The translations under genes and the position numbers were made by a program. From contig CALWEQ010000003.1 of NCBI GenBank assembly GCA_944377365.1, positions 2,429-66,428 of the forward strand: DNA of 64,000 nt. Direction: 5' to 3'. Below the pieces are notes generated by a model. It did no database searches. It was not told the origin of the DNA and worked only from the letters and a program-made list of their open reading frames with translations. Below are positions 29,173-37,726 of this stretch, piece by piece (the stretch's first letter is position 1; every line of letters begins with the position of its first letter). The stretch comes from an uncultured Clostridia bacterium (lineage in GTDB: Bacteria > Bacillota > Clostridia > Christensenellales > UBA1242).

Positions 29173-29697
29173 TTAATAATTAACCTCAATTAAACCAAAC
29201 TTTTCATCGCGTCGTCGATATAAAATGTTGACCTTGCCTGTTTCGGCATTTAAAAATACAAAGAACTCGTGGCCAAGCCTTTCAATAAAGTCTTTTGCAT
29301 CTTCAACAGTTATTGGGTCAAGATCAAAAACCTTTTTCTTAAATATGTCAGGCAATTTTTGCTCTGGCTCTTCTGTCAAAAATTCAAATGTTGGCAATTC
29401 TTTAACTCTGCTTTTTGATATTTTCTTGTCTTTTCTACGCACAATCTGCCTTTCAATTTTTGGCAAAGCAAGGTCGATGTTCGAATACATGTCATCGCTA
29501 GAAACTTCACTACGATAAAGCACGCCTTTGTTTACAATAGTAAGCTCCAATTTTTTTTGTTTGTTTTGTTCGCTACAAAGCACCTTCGCTTTAGCATCGT
29601 CACCAAAGTACTTTGACAGTCTCTCCACCTTTTCTGTAATAATATTTTTAAGCTTGTTTGAAATTTTAAAATTTCTTTCTAAAAAATCAATTTTCAT
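29173..29697 (-). CDS. hpf: Ribosome hibernation promoting factor (long form)
   Basis: 174 aa with a RaiA/HPF N-domain and the C-terminal dimerisation domain (..FVFLNAETGKVNILYRRRDEKFGLIE). Confidence 0.85.
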   Translation of the reverse strand: MKIDFLERNFKISNKLKNIITEKVERLSKYFGDDAKAKVLCSEQNKQKKLELTIVNKGVLYRSEVSSDDMYSNIDLALPKIERQIVRRKDKKISKSRVKELPTFEFLTEEPEQKLPDIFKKKVFDLDPITVEDAKDFIERLGHEFFVFLNAETGKVNILYRRRDEKFGLIEVNY

Positions 29698-29752
29698 GCT
29701 AACCTCCTATAATGATTTTAGCAAAAATCAAAATATTTTCAAAACGCTTTTG

Positions 29753-32179
29753 TTATTTTTCAGACGTAAAAGTCAGATTTTTGCCGTCAAAATCAATTAT
29801 TATTTCTCCACTATCATTTAATTCACCAAGCAATATTTTTTCGGCAATACGATCTTCAACTTCTTGTTGCAAAAATCTTTTTAATGGTCTTGCACCATAT
29901 TCGGAATTTGATCCTTTTTGAACAATAAAATCAAGTGCCTCTTCTGTCATTTTTAATGAAAGATTTTTCTCTTGCAATCGCTTGTTGATGTTTGCCAACA
30001 AAATTTTTGCGATCTTGACAAGTTGAGGCTGTGACAATGGCTCAAAAACGCAAATGACGTCAATACGATTGATGAATTCTGGTTTAAATTTTTCTTTCAA
30101 AGCGTGCATATAGATCTCTTTACTTGTAAGTTCTTCTTCTTCACCACCAAAGCCAAGTTTTTTGTTGTGCCTTACCTCACTAGCCCCGACGTTTGAAGTC
30201 ATAATAATCACCGTGTTTTTAAAGCTAACAGTTCGACCCTGTCCATCTGTCAATCTTCCGTCGTCTAATATTTGAAGCAAAGCATTAAAGATGTCTGGAT
30301 GAGCTTTTTCAATTTCATCAAACAATACTACTGAATAAGGACGTCTTCTTACTGCCTCTGTCAGTTGACCACCTTCATCATATCCCACATATCCCGGTGG
30401 CGCGCCGATAAGTTTAGAAACGGAATGAGACTCCATGTACTCCGACATATCTATTCGAATGATATTGTTTTCATCATCAAACAACGCTTCTGCTATTGCT
30501 TTTGAAAGTTCGGTTTTACCAACACCTGTAGGCCCAAGGAACAAGAAAGAACCTATTGGTCTTTTTGAATCTTGTAAACCGACACGTGATCTTCTTATGG
30601 CCTTTGAAATAGCCTCAACCGCTTCATCTTGTCCAACCACACGTTTGTGCAAGATCTCTTCCAAATGAATCAATTTTTCTTTCTCGCTTTCTGTTATTCT
30701 TGTCACTGGAATACCTGTCCATTTAGCGACAACTGCTGCAATTTCGTTTGCGCCAATTTGCCCACTTGATGAGCTTTTGCCTCCGCCTTTTGATTGCTTC
30801 TTTTTCAACTGATCTTCAAGTTTTATTATTTCAGACTGTAAGGTCGCTGCTTTTTCGTAATTTCTTTGGAGCGATGCTTCGTCCCTTGAAGAAGAAAGTT
30901 GAGCGATTTTGTTTTCCAAATCTTTTACTGCCTGAGGTTTGACAGAAAAATTTACTTTTGCTTTACTGCAAGCTTCGTCGATCAAGTCAATCGCTTTGTC
31001 TGGCAAGCTTCTGTCCATAATATATCTATCCGACAAAACGGCAGCAGCTTCGATTGCTTCATCACTTATTTTAATTTTATGAAAAGCTTCATAAGAATCT
31101 TTAAGACCTTTTAATATTAAAATAGTGTCTTCAACTGATGGAGGCGAAACTAAAATAGGCTGAAATCTTCTTTCTAAAGCCTTGTCTTTTTCAATAAACT
31201 TTCTATACTCATCTGTCGTTGTTGCGCCTATTGTTTGCAGTTCGCCACGCGCAAGATAGGGCTTCAACATGTCTGCTGGACTTGTTTCACCTTCTTTAGA
31301 ACCAGCTTGAGCCAAAGTGTGAATTTCATCTATAAAGACAATTATGTTTTTACTTGATATGATTGTTTCAATAGCATCTTTAAGCTTTTCTTCCATACTG
31401 CCACGGTATTTTGTGCCAGCCATCAAGCCACCAATTTCCAAACTGAAAATTACTTTGTCTTTAAGTAAATCTGGAACGTTGCCCGAAACTATTGCTTGCG
31501 CAAGTCCCTCCACTATCGCTGTTTTACCAACGCCTGCTTCACCAATAAGCACAGGATTGTTTTTGGTTTTGCGACAAAGAATTTCAATAACTCTTTCGAT
31601 TTCATTTTCTCTGCCAATAACTGGGTCGAGTTTATGCTCTTTGGCTTTTAAAGTTATATCACTGCCCATATCAAGCAATTTTTGTGGAAGCGAGCTTTTG
31701 CTTTGTGCTTGTCCTCCTTCCTGTTTTGGAGATGCTTGGCTTAAAAGTGCAGATATTTTTTGATAAAATCTGTCTATTTCAATCCCATAATGATTAGCTA
31801 ACAATTTTACAGCAACTGATCCCTCGCTAGACAAAATAGCAAGAAGCAAATGTTCAGTCCCCAAAAAGCTGTGATTATATTCAAGTGCAATCTGTTGCGC
31901 AACCCTAAACAAATCCTTAACCCTTGGTGACAACTCTACTCTGCCAGAGGTAAAAAGAAGTTCTTCATCAGAATTCTCACTGAATAATTCAAAAAGATCT
32001 TCCTCGGTTACTCCTTCATCAGCGAGCATTTTTGAAGCCAAACAGTCTTTAACAGAAGCAATACCATATAAGATATGCTCTGTCCCTACAACATCGCTAC
32101 CAAATCTTAAAGCAATTCTGCTTGCATTTTTGATAACTTTTTCGATGTTGTCAGAAAAATAATTTGATCCAATATTCAT
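29753..32179 (-). CDS. clpC: ATP-dependent Clp protease ATP-binding subunit ClpC
   Basis: Clp_N repeats, two AAA+ modules (GEAGVGKT and GPTGVGKT), and a UVR-like middle domain. Confidence 0.95.
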   Translation of the reverse strand: MNIGSNYFSDNIEKVIKNASRIALRFGSDVVGTEHILYGIASVKDCLASKMLADEGVTEEDLFELFSENSDEELLFTSGRVELSPRVKDLFRVAQQIALEYNHSFLGTEHLLLAILSSEGSVAVKLLANHYGIEIDRFYQKISALLSQASPKQEGGQAQSKSSLPQKLLDMGSDITLKAKEHKLDPVIGRENEIERVIEILCRKTKNNPVLIGEAGVGKTAIVEGLAQAIVSGNVPDLLKDKVIFSLEIGGLMAGTKYRGSMEEKLKDAIETIISSKNIIVFIDEIHTLAQAGSKEGETSPADMLKPYLARGELQTIGATTTDEYRKFIEKDKALERRFQPILVSPPSVEDTILILKGLKDSYEAFHKIKISDEAIEAAAVLSDRYIMDRSLPDKAIDLIDEACSKAKVNFSVKPQAVKDLENKIAQLSSSRDEASLQRNYEKAATLQSEIIKLEDQLKKKQSKGGGKSSSSGQIGANEIAAVVAKWTGIPVTRITESEKEKLIHLEEILHKRVVGQDEAVEAISKAIRRSRVGLQDSKRPIGSFLFLGPTGVGKTELSKAIAEALFDDENNIIRIDMSEYMESHSVSKLIGAPPGYVGYDEGGQLTEAVRRRPYSVVLFDEIEKAHPDIFNALLQILDDGRLTDGQGRTVSFKNTVIIMTSNVGASEVRHNKKLGFGGEEEELTSKEIYMHALKEKFKPEFINRIDVICVFEPLSQPQLVKIAKILLANINKRLQEKNLSLKMTEEALDFIVQKGSNSEYGARPLKRFLQQEVEDRIAEKILLGELNDSGEIIIDFDGKNLTFTSEK

Positions 32180-33192
32180 TTTTTCCCCCTTATTTCAACG
32201 AGATTTTTTACTCTCTTTGCTATATACTCGCTTCGAACTTTATTTTCCTCTTTATCTTGCGAAAAAACTCGAATTTCATGTAAATTTGCTGATGCACCGT
32301 GATAATAGAGTTTCATAAAAAGATTAATATCTTTAATATTTAAGATTTCTAGTTCATGACCAAGTCTGACAAGTGACAGCAAATTTATCATTTCTGTTTC
32401 TTCCAAAACATAGCTGTTTTCTAAAATAGCGAGCGCACGAAAAACTTCGTCACATATCTTGTCATGATTTTCGTCAAAAAGCTGTTTTCTTAAACTCGTT
32501 TCTTCTTTAAATATATTGTAAAAAAAATCACTCACTCGATCTATAATTTCTTCTTCTGTGCAGGCGAACATACCTTGGTTTGAAATTTGATAGATGCTTC
32601 CTAAAGCCTTGCTTCCTTCACCATAAATGCCTCGAAACGTTAAGTTGAAAGCTGATGCCTCACGAATAAGTTCTGCTATTCGTCCACTTCTTTCTAAGGC
32701 TGGCAAAAAAACCATAACCGACGCCCTCATAGCGTTTCCTAAATTTGAAGGCGACGCAGTCAAAAACCCAAATTCATCATCATAAGCTATGTTAAAACTT
32801 TTACATATCTTTTCATCCATAGGCAAAAGATTGTTGAAAGCTTCTTCCAAATTAAACCCCTGACATACTGATTGCTCACGAATGTGATCTTCTTCGAAAA
32901 TCATGAAGATCAATGTTTCGTCCTCATTTGTTGCAACAATGGATATATCTTTGTTTTCAATAAGTTCTCTGCTAATAACATGCCTTTCAAGTAATGCCTT
33001 ACATCTTGACAAGGGCATTGAAGAAAGGGGCATTATTGTGTAATCACCAGATGCCATAAGCAAAGCTGAAACAGAGTCAACCAAATAAGAAATTTGATTT
33101 CTGTCTAATTTTTTAGGCAAAAAACTTAGCCCAGACAAATTTCGAGCAAATCTTATTCTAGAAGAGATTGCAACAGAGTTGAAATTGCTCAT
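32176..33192 (-). CDS. mcsB: Protein arginine kinase McsB
   Basis: ATP:guanido phosphotransferase core (EEDHIR, GYLTASPSNLG-like FLTASPSNLGNAMRAS). The likely start is the ATG at 33192, which overlaps the stop of the mini-mcsA (ATGA). Confidence 0.9.
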   Translation of the reverse strand: MSNFNSVAISSRIRFARNLSGLSFLPKKLDRNQISYLVDSVSALLMASGDYTIMPLSSMPLSRCKALLERHVISRELIENKDISIVATNEDETLIFMIFEEDHIREQSVCQGFNLEEAFNNLLPMDEKICKSFNIAYDDEFGFLTASPSNLGNAMRASVMVFLPALERSGRIAELIREASAFNLTFRGIYGEGSKALGSIYQISNQGMFACTEEEIIDRVSDFFYNIFKEETSLRKQLFDENHDKICDEVFRALAILENSYVLEETEMINLLSLVRLGHELEILNIKDINLFMKLYYHGASANLHEIRVFSQDKEENKVRSEYIAKRVKNLVEIRGKK

Positions 33193-33356
33193 AGCCCTCT
33201 CCTTTTCAAATCGCCACAATGTTTTTTGCCATTAAAAAGCTCTCGGACATGATTTGTGAGTGGTTCTATTTCATGATAGCAATGTTCGCATCCAACAAAC
33301 CCCGTCTTTAAGATCTCTTTAAAAGTCCTTCCACAATAGTCACAGCTTTCTTTCAA
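33189..33356 (-). CDS. mcsA: Mini McsA-like zinc-finger protein (55 aa), not in the ORF track
   Basis: TTG start at 33356 overlaps the tex stop (TTGA) and follows AAGGAGG. Translation: LKESCDYCGRTFKEILKTGFVGCEHCYHEIEPLTNHVRELFNGKKHCGDLKRRGL. It matches the McsA block CPxCGxTFxxFxxxGxxGCxxCYxxF...H.G. Its stop overlaps the mcsB ATG. Confidence 0.7.
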   Translation of the reverse strand: MKESCDYCGRTFKEILKTGFVGCEHCYHEIEPLTNHVRELFNGKKHCGDLKRRGL

Positions 33357-35506
33357 GCTTCCTCCTTATCTAGACCTTTCATAGTTAAAGATATTCTCTT
33401 CTTTGCTAAATCAACACCAATGACCTTTACCTCAACTTTTTGTCCTACTTTCAAAACTTCGGACGGATGTTTTATAAATGAATCGGAGATTTGTGAGATA
33501 TGCACAAGTCCATCTTGATGCACACCAATATCAACAAATGCACCAAAATCAACAACGTTTCTCACAACTCCTGAAAACTGCATGCCTTCTTTTAAATCTT
33601 CCATAGTGATAACATCGCTTCTAAGAACCGGTTTTGGCATACTGTCACGAATATCTCTTCCAGGTTTTTGTACTTCACTAACAATATCTTTTAATGTAGG
33701 AACACCAATGTTAAGTTCGCTTGCGACCTTTTCTTCTCCTTTTAGTTTTACAAGCGCTTCTAAACTTGTCTCACCCTTAGTAACTTCATTTAGACTAACT
33801 CCAAAAAGTTCTAACAATTTTTTAGTAGTTTCATATGCTTCGGGATGAACAGCAGTGTTGTCTAAAATGTTTTCACCACCAACAATTCTTAAAAATCCTG
33901 CGCACTGCTCATAAGCCTTTGGCCCAAGTTTTGGGACGCTTAAAAGCTGTTCTCTGTTTTTAAAGCCCTTAATTTTGGCTCTGTAAAGCGTGATGTTTTT
34001 TGCGATACTCATGTTTAAGCCTGAAACATAAGAAAGCAAACTTGGTGAAGCAGTGTTAAGGTCAACACCTACACTGTTAACACAATCCTCTACAACACCT
34101 GTCAAAACTTCGGTGAGTCTATTTTGTGGCATGTCATGTTGGTATTGCCCCACGCCAATGCTTTTTACATCGATTTTAATAAGTTCGGCAAGCGGATCTT
34201 GCAATCTTCTTGCAATCGAAACGGCACTGCGAAGTGAAACGTCATAATCAGGAAATTCCTCCGCCCCAAGTTTTGAAGCACTGTAAACTGATGCTCCTGC
34301 CTCGCTTACAACGGCGTAAGAAACGGGACGCGAAACATGTTTGATTAGTTCTGCCACAAAAATCTCAGCTTCTTTAGAAGCAGTCCCATTGCCTATTGAT
34401 ATTACGTCAACTTTGTATTTTTCAATCAAACTTTTTAATTTTTCTATAGATTCTTCGGTTTTTGATTGAGGTGGCGTCGGATAAATTACGGTGGTGTCAA
34501 GCACATCACCATTTTTGTCAATCACAGCAATTTTGCAACCTGTTCTATATGCTGGGTCAAGCCCTAAAATTATGTTGTTTTTAAGAGGAGCTTCCATTAA
34601 GAGTGGTTTTAAATTGACTTCAAACATCTTGATCGCTTGTTCACAAGCATTGTCAGTCAAATTCGAACGCAACTCTCTTTCAAGTGCTGGAAAAAGCAAT
34701 CGCTCATAGCTGTCTTGCAAAACGCTTTCAATTATTTCATCTGTTTGAGGATTGTTTTTCTTAAACACAAATCTTATTTCTTTGAGCATTATTTCTGGAT
34801 TTACTACTACTGAAACTTTAAGACATTTTTCTTTCTCTCCACGATTTATGGCAAGTATTCTGTGGCTTGGCAATTTTTTTGCTTCCTGCTTAAATCCAGA
34901 ATATGTTTCATAAGTCAGCTTGTTTTCTCCGTCGAGAAGACTGCATTCGATGATAGCCTTGTCAAACAAAAGCTCTCTAAGCGTTTTACGTAAGGAAGCA
35001 TCATCACTTATCCTTTCCGCTAAAATATCCTTTGCACCATTTATCGCGTCGTCAACAGTTGGCACTTGTTCATTTACAAATTTTTCCGCTTCGCTTTTTA
35101 TATCCACGCCCTTTGCTTGTTTTTGCAAAATATCGGCAAGAGGTTCTAGCCCCTTGGCTATTGCAATTGATGCTCTGGTTTTACGTTTAGGTTTGTAAGG
35201 TCTGTAAATGTCTTCCACTTCTGTCAAAGTTTTGGCTGAAGAAAGCGCTTTTGCAAGCTCCTCCGTCCATTTTCCTTGCTCAGTAATAGTGCGCTCCACT
35301 TTTTCTTTTTCTTCTTCTAGATTGCGAAGATATTTTAACCTATCAGCAAAATTTCTTAAAACCTGGTCATCACAAGAACCGTGCATCTCCTTTCTGTAAC
35401 GCGCAATAAAAGGAATTGTGTTTCCCTCATCCAAAAGATTGACTATGTTTTCGGCAAAAACTTGTTTTAATCCAAACTCACTTGCTAATGTTTCTGTTAT
35501 GTTCAT
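33353..35506 (-). CDS. tex: Tex-like transcription accessory protein (S1 domain)
   Basis: N-terminal IPFIARYRKE, YqgF-like and HhH regions, and a C-terminal S1 domain (GVVRNVVDFGAFVDIG). Confidence 0.9.
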   Translation of the reverse strand: MNITETLASEFGLKQVFAENIVNLLDEGNTIPFIARYRKEMHGSCDDQVLRNFADRLKYLRNLEEEKEKVERTITEQGKWTEELAKALSSAKTLTEVEDIYRPYKPKRKTRASIAIAKGLEPLADILQKQAKGVDIKSEAEKFVNEQVPTVDDAINGAKDILAERISDDASLRKTLRELLFDKAIIECSLLDGENKLTYETYSGFKQEAKKLPSHRILAINRGEKEKCLKVSVVVNPEIMLKEIRFVFKKNNPQTDEIIESVLQDSYERLLFPALERELRSNLTDNACEQAIKMFEVNLKPLLMEAPLKNNIILGLDPAYRTGCKIAVIDKNGDVLDTTVIYPTPPQSKTEESIEKLKSLIEKYKVDVISIGNGTASKEAEIFVAELIKHVSRPVSYAVVSEAGASVYSASKLGAEEFPDYDVSLRSAVSIARRLQDPLAELIKIDVKSIGVGQYQHDMPQNRLTEVLTGVVEDCVNSVGVDLNTASPSLLSYVSGLNMSIAKNITLYRAKIKGFKNREQLLSVPKLGPKAYEQCAGFLRIVGGENILDNTAVHPEAYETTKKLLELFGVSLNEVTKGETSLEALVKLKGEEKVASELNIGVPTLKDIVSEVQKPGRDIRDSMPKPVLRSDVITMEDLKEGMQFSGVVRNVVDFGAFVDIGVHQDGLVHISQISDSFIKHPSEVLKVGQKVEVKVIGVDLAKKRISLTMKGLDKEEA

Positions 35507-36201
35507 ATTTTTTCTCCTTGTGTTAATTTTTTAAGCTCCTTTATGGTAACTGCGTAAGGGTCTTCAAAAAGAGCACAACTTGTAAGTCTTAAAAATTCGA
35601 GTTCTCTTTCCAAATCTACCTCAGGAAAATCGTAAGTGCCCAATGACAATTTGACTGGGTATCTCGCAAGCAATTTCAAATTTACAAAGGTTGCTCCCTT
35701 TTCGGCAAACGCTCGTGGACAAATAGTAATTTTTGCATTATGTTCTCCAAGAATTTGCAGGTCGTCTTTGTCAGCATACATTCCACCAACAATCTGACAT
35801 TCATGGTCCCAAAAGCCCAAATCTTCAAGCGCTTGCGCCGGCATTTTGCCACCAAATTTTTGACTTATTTGCCCTGTCCTCGTCAAATTTTCATAAAGCA
35901 GAGTTGTGGTTGGCAATTTTAAGAGACTTACACGGTTTAAAATGTCATCATCATCAAGCAAATCTACAAACACCGAAAATTTAAAACCTGAATGTTTAAA
36001 TTTTTCAAATTTTTGCTTGTCCAAGGCAAATCTAGACGGCAAAATTAAAGTGCCTTGCAAAGCATATTTTTTCATCATTTCAATAGCAAAGAAAACATCA
36101 TCGCAAAAGCAATTTACTTGATCAAACTCTGATTTACTGATTTTGAGAAAATCTTTTTCGTTTCTTGCTAAAAAAAAATTGTTTATAGTTTTCAATTGCA
36201 T
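35503..36201 (-). CDS. Amidohydrolase-fold-like protein with degenerate metal ligands (C-terminal-half homologue only)
   Basis: IVGGMYAD, ITICPRAFAEKGAT and LSLGTYDFPEVDLERELEFLRL align by eye with the IAAHCVHL, VSHNPASNLKLG and VTLGTDGAASNNSLNLFFEMRL blocks of MtaD/chlorohydrolase-type enzymes. ATGA overlap with tex. Confidence 0.4.
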   Translation of the reverse strand: MQLKTINNFFLARNEKDFLKISKSEFDQVNCFCDDVFFAIEMMKKYALQGTLILPSRFALDKQKFEKFKHSGFKFSVFVDLLDDDDILNRVSLLKLPTTTLLYENLTRTGQISQKFGGKMPAQALEDLGFWDHECQIVGGMYADKDDLQILGEHNAKITICPRAFAEKGATFVNLKLLARYPVKLSLGTYDFPEVDLERELEFLRLTSCALFEDPYAVTIKELKKLTQGEKI

Positions 36202-36321
36202 AATTTCCTTTCAAAGTGTAAAATAATAAAAAATGATAAGAAGTTTTTACAAGCAGACGTTAGATTTTTTTGTTTAAATATGCTTTAATTATACATCTTT
36301 TAAGGAGGCAAAGCAAACAAA

Positions 36322-37515
36322 ATGAAAACTATTTTACACTCTGACGTAAACAATTTTTTTGCCTCCGTTGAATGTGCCACTCGTCAAGATTTAAAAGACA
36401 AGCCTGTTGCTGTGACCGGAAACCCAGAAAAAAGAACGGGTATTATTTTAGCAAAAAATGAGATAGCAAAAAAATTTGGTGTAAAAACAGGAATGAGCAT
36501 ATTTGAAGCAAAACAATATTGCCCCGAACTCGTCTGTTTAGCCCCGCACTACTCTCTTTACGAAGAAATATCTTTAAAATTACACGAGCTTTATCTTGAT
36601 TATACTGACCTTGTCGAACCTATGGGCCTCGATGAATGTTGGCTTGACGTGACAAGCTCTATGAAGATTTTGAATAAAACTGCATTACAAATTGCAAATG
36701 AGATAAGAGAGCGTGTAAAAAAAGAGTTTGGTTTTACTGTGTCTGTTGGTGTTTCCTTTAATAAGATCTATGCCAAACTTGGCTCTGATTTAAAAAAACC
36801 TGATGCTGTCACCGAAATACCAAAAGAAGAATTTAAAAATATTGCCTTTCCCCTGCCATTAAATTCAATAGTCGGCATTGGTAAAAGATTGGAAAAAAAG
36901 TTTTTGCTTATGAACGTAAAAACTATTGGTGATTTTTGTGCTTTAAAGGACTCTTACATCAAACAAATTTGGGGCATAGTTGGTTTGAGATTAAAAGCAA
37001 GTTTGTCTGGTAGCGAAGAAGAGAAGGTCAAAAACTATTTTGATGCAGTAGCACCAAAAAGCATAGGCAATGGCACAACCACCATCAAAGATATATTAAA
37101 AAGAGATGAAATTGAAAAAGTTGTAGCTTTCTTAGCAGAGAAGATCTCTAAGAGATTGATAAAATCTGGATATCAAGCACGCACCATTCATGTTTCGCTA
37201 AAAGACAATGAATTCAAAAAATACTCAAAATCTAAGACTATATCGGCTTGTTTTGCTTCTAACATCATAATAAAAGAAGTCATGAGCTTGATAGATTCCT
37301 TCTACGATTATTCGCACCTCATACGTGCAATACGCATAAGCTGTGGAAATTTGGAAAATATATCCAACCACAAGCAAATGAGTTTTTTTGACCAAAGGCA
37401 AGAAAACGCGAGTAGAACCATTGAAAAAATTGTAAACAAATATGGCCAAGACTCAATAATAAGAGCAAGTGAATTTTCAAAATTTATAAACAGAAAAAAC
37501 CACACAGAAGAATAA
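36322..37515 (+). CDS. dinB: DNA polymerase IV (Y-family)
   Basis: ILHSDVNNFFASVE, LGLDECWLDVT, and the little-finger region. SD is AAGGAGG. Confidence 0.9.
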   Translation: MKTILHSDVNNFFASVECATRQDLKDKPVAVTGNPEKRTGIILAKNEIAKKFGVKTGMSIFEAKQYCPELVCLAPHYSLYEEISLKLHELYLDYTDLVEPMGLDECWLDVTSSMKILNKTALQIANEIRERVKKEFGFTVSVGVSFNKIYAKLGSDLKKPDAVTEIPKEEFKNIAFPLPLNSIVGIGKRLEKKFLLMNVKTIGDFCALKDSYIKQIWGIVGLRLKASLSGSEEEKVKNYFDAVAPKSIGNGTTTIKDILKRDEIEKVVAFLAEKISKRLIKSGYQARTIHVSLKDNEFKKYSKSKTISACFASNIIIKEVMSLIDSFYDYSHLIRAIRISCGNLENISNHKQMSFFDQRQENASRTIEKIVNKYGQDSIIRASEFSKFINRKNHTEE

Positions 37516-37560
37516 AAACAATTACGTTTTTTTTAAAAACACATTGTCAAATCTTCATGC

Positions 37561-37591
37561 AAAAAAAGGACGCTAATTAGCGTCCTTTTTT
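37561..37591. terminator. Bidirectional intrinsic terminator
   Basis: A7-GGACGC-TAATTA-GCGTCC-T6. Confidence 0.7.
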
Positions 37592-37726
37592 GTTGAATCA
37601 TAATTGACTTAAAGCCTTTCAACTTTATCTGCTCATAGTTTGATAGTCAGCCTGATTTTTCTTGTCCTCCAACTCCCCTATTACATCTAAAATCTCGTCT
37701 GAACGTTTATCGCAAATAAACATATT

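Noticed and set aside
31344-31763. 139-aa + strand ORF, plus many other 60-130-aa ORFs antisense to clpC, tex, tyrS, eno, the ABC genes, rnj and others.
   Set aside because: They are embedded antisense in well-supported genes, lack SDs and have biased low-complexity composition typical of shadow ORFs.
36202-36321. An expected CtsR operator (direct GGTCAAA heptads) upstream of the clpC-containing operon, or a LexA box upstream of dinB.
   Set aside because: I could find neither motif by eye in this divergent intergenic region.
37625-37723. 32-aa ORF (MFICDKRSDEILDVIGELEDKKNQADYQTMSR) just downstream of the GLUG-related gene.
   Set aside because: It has no SD, is very short and carries no recognisable motif, so the support is insufficient.
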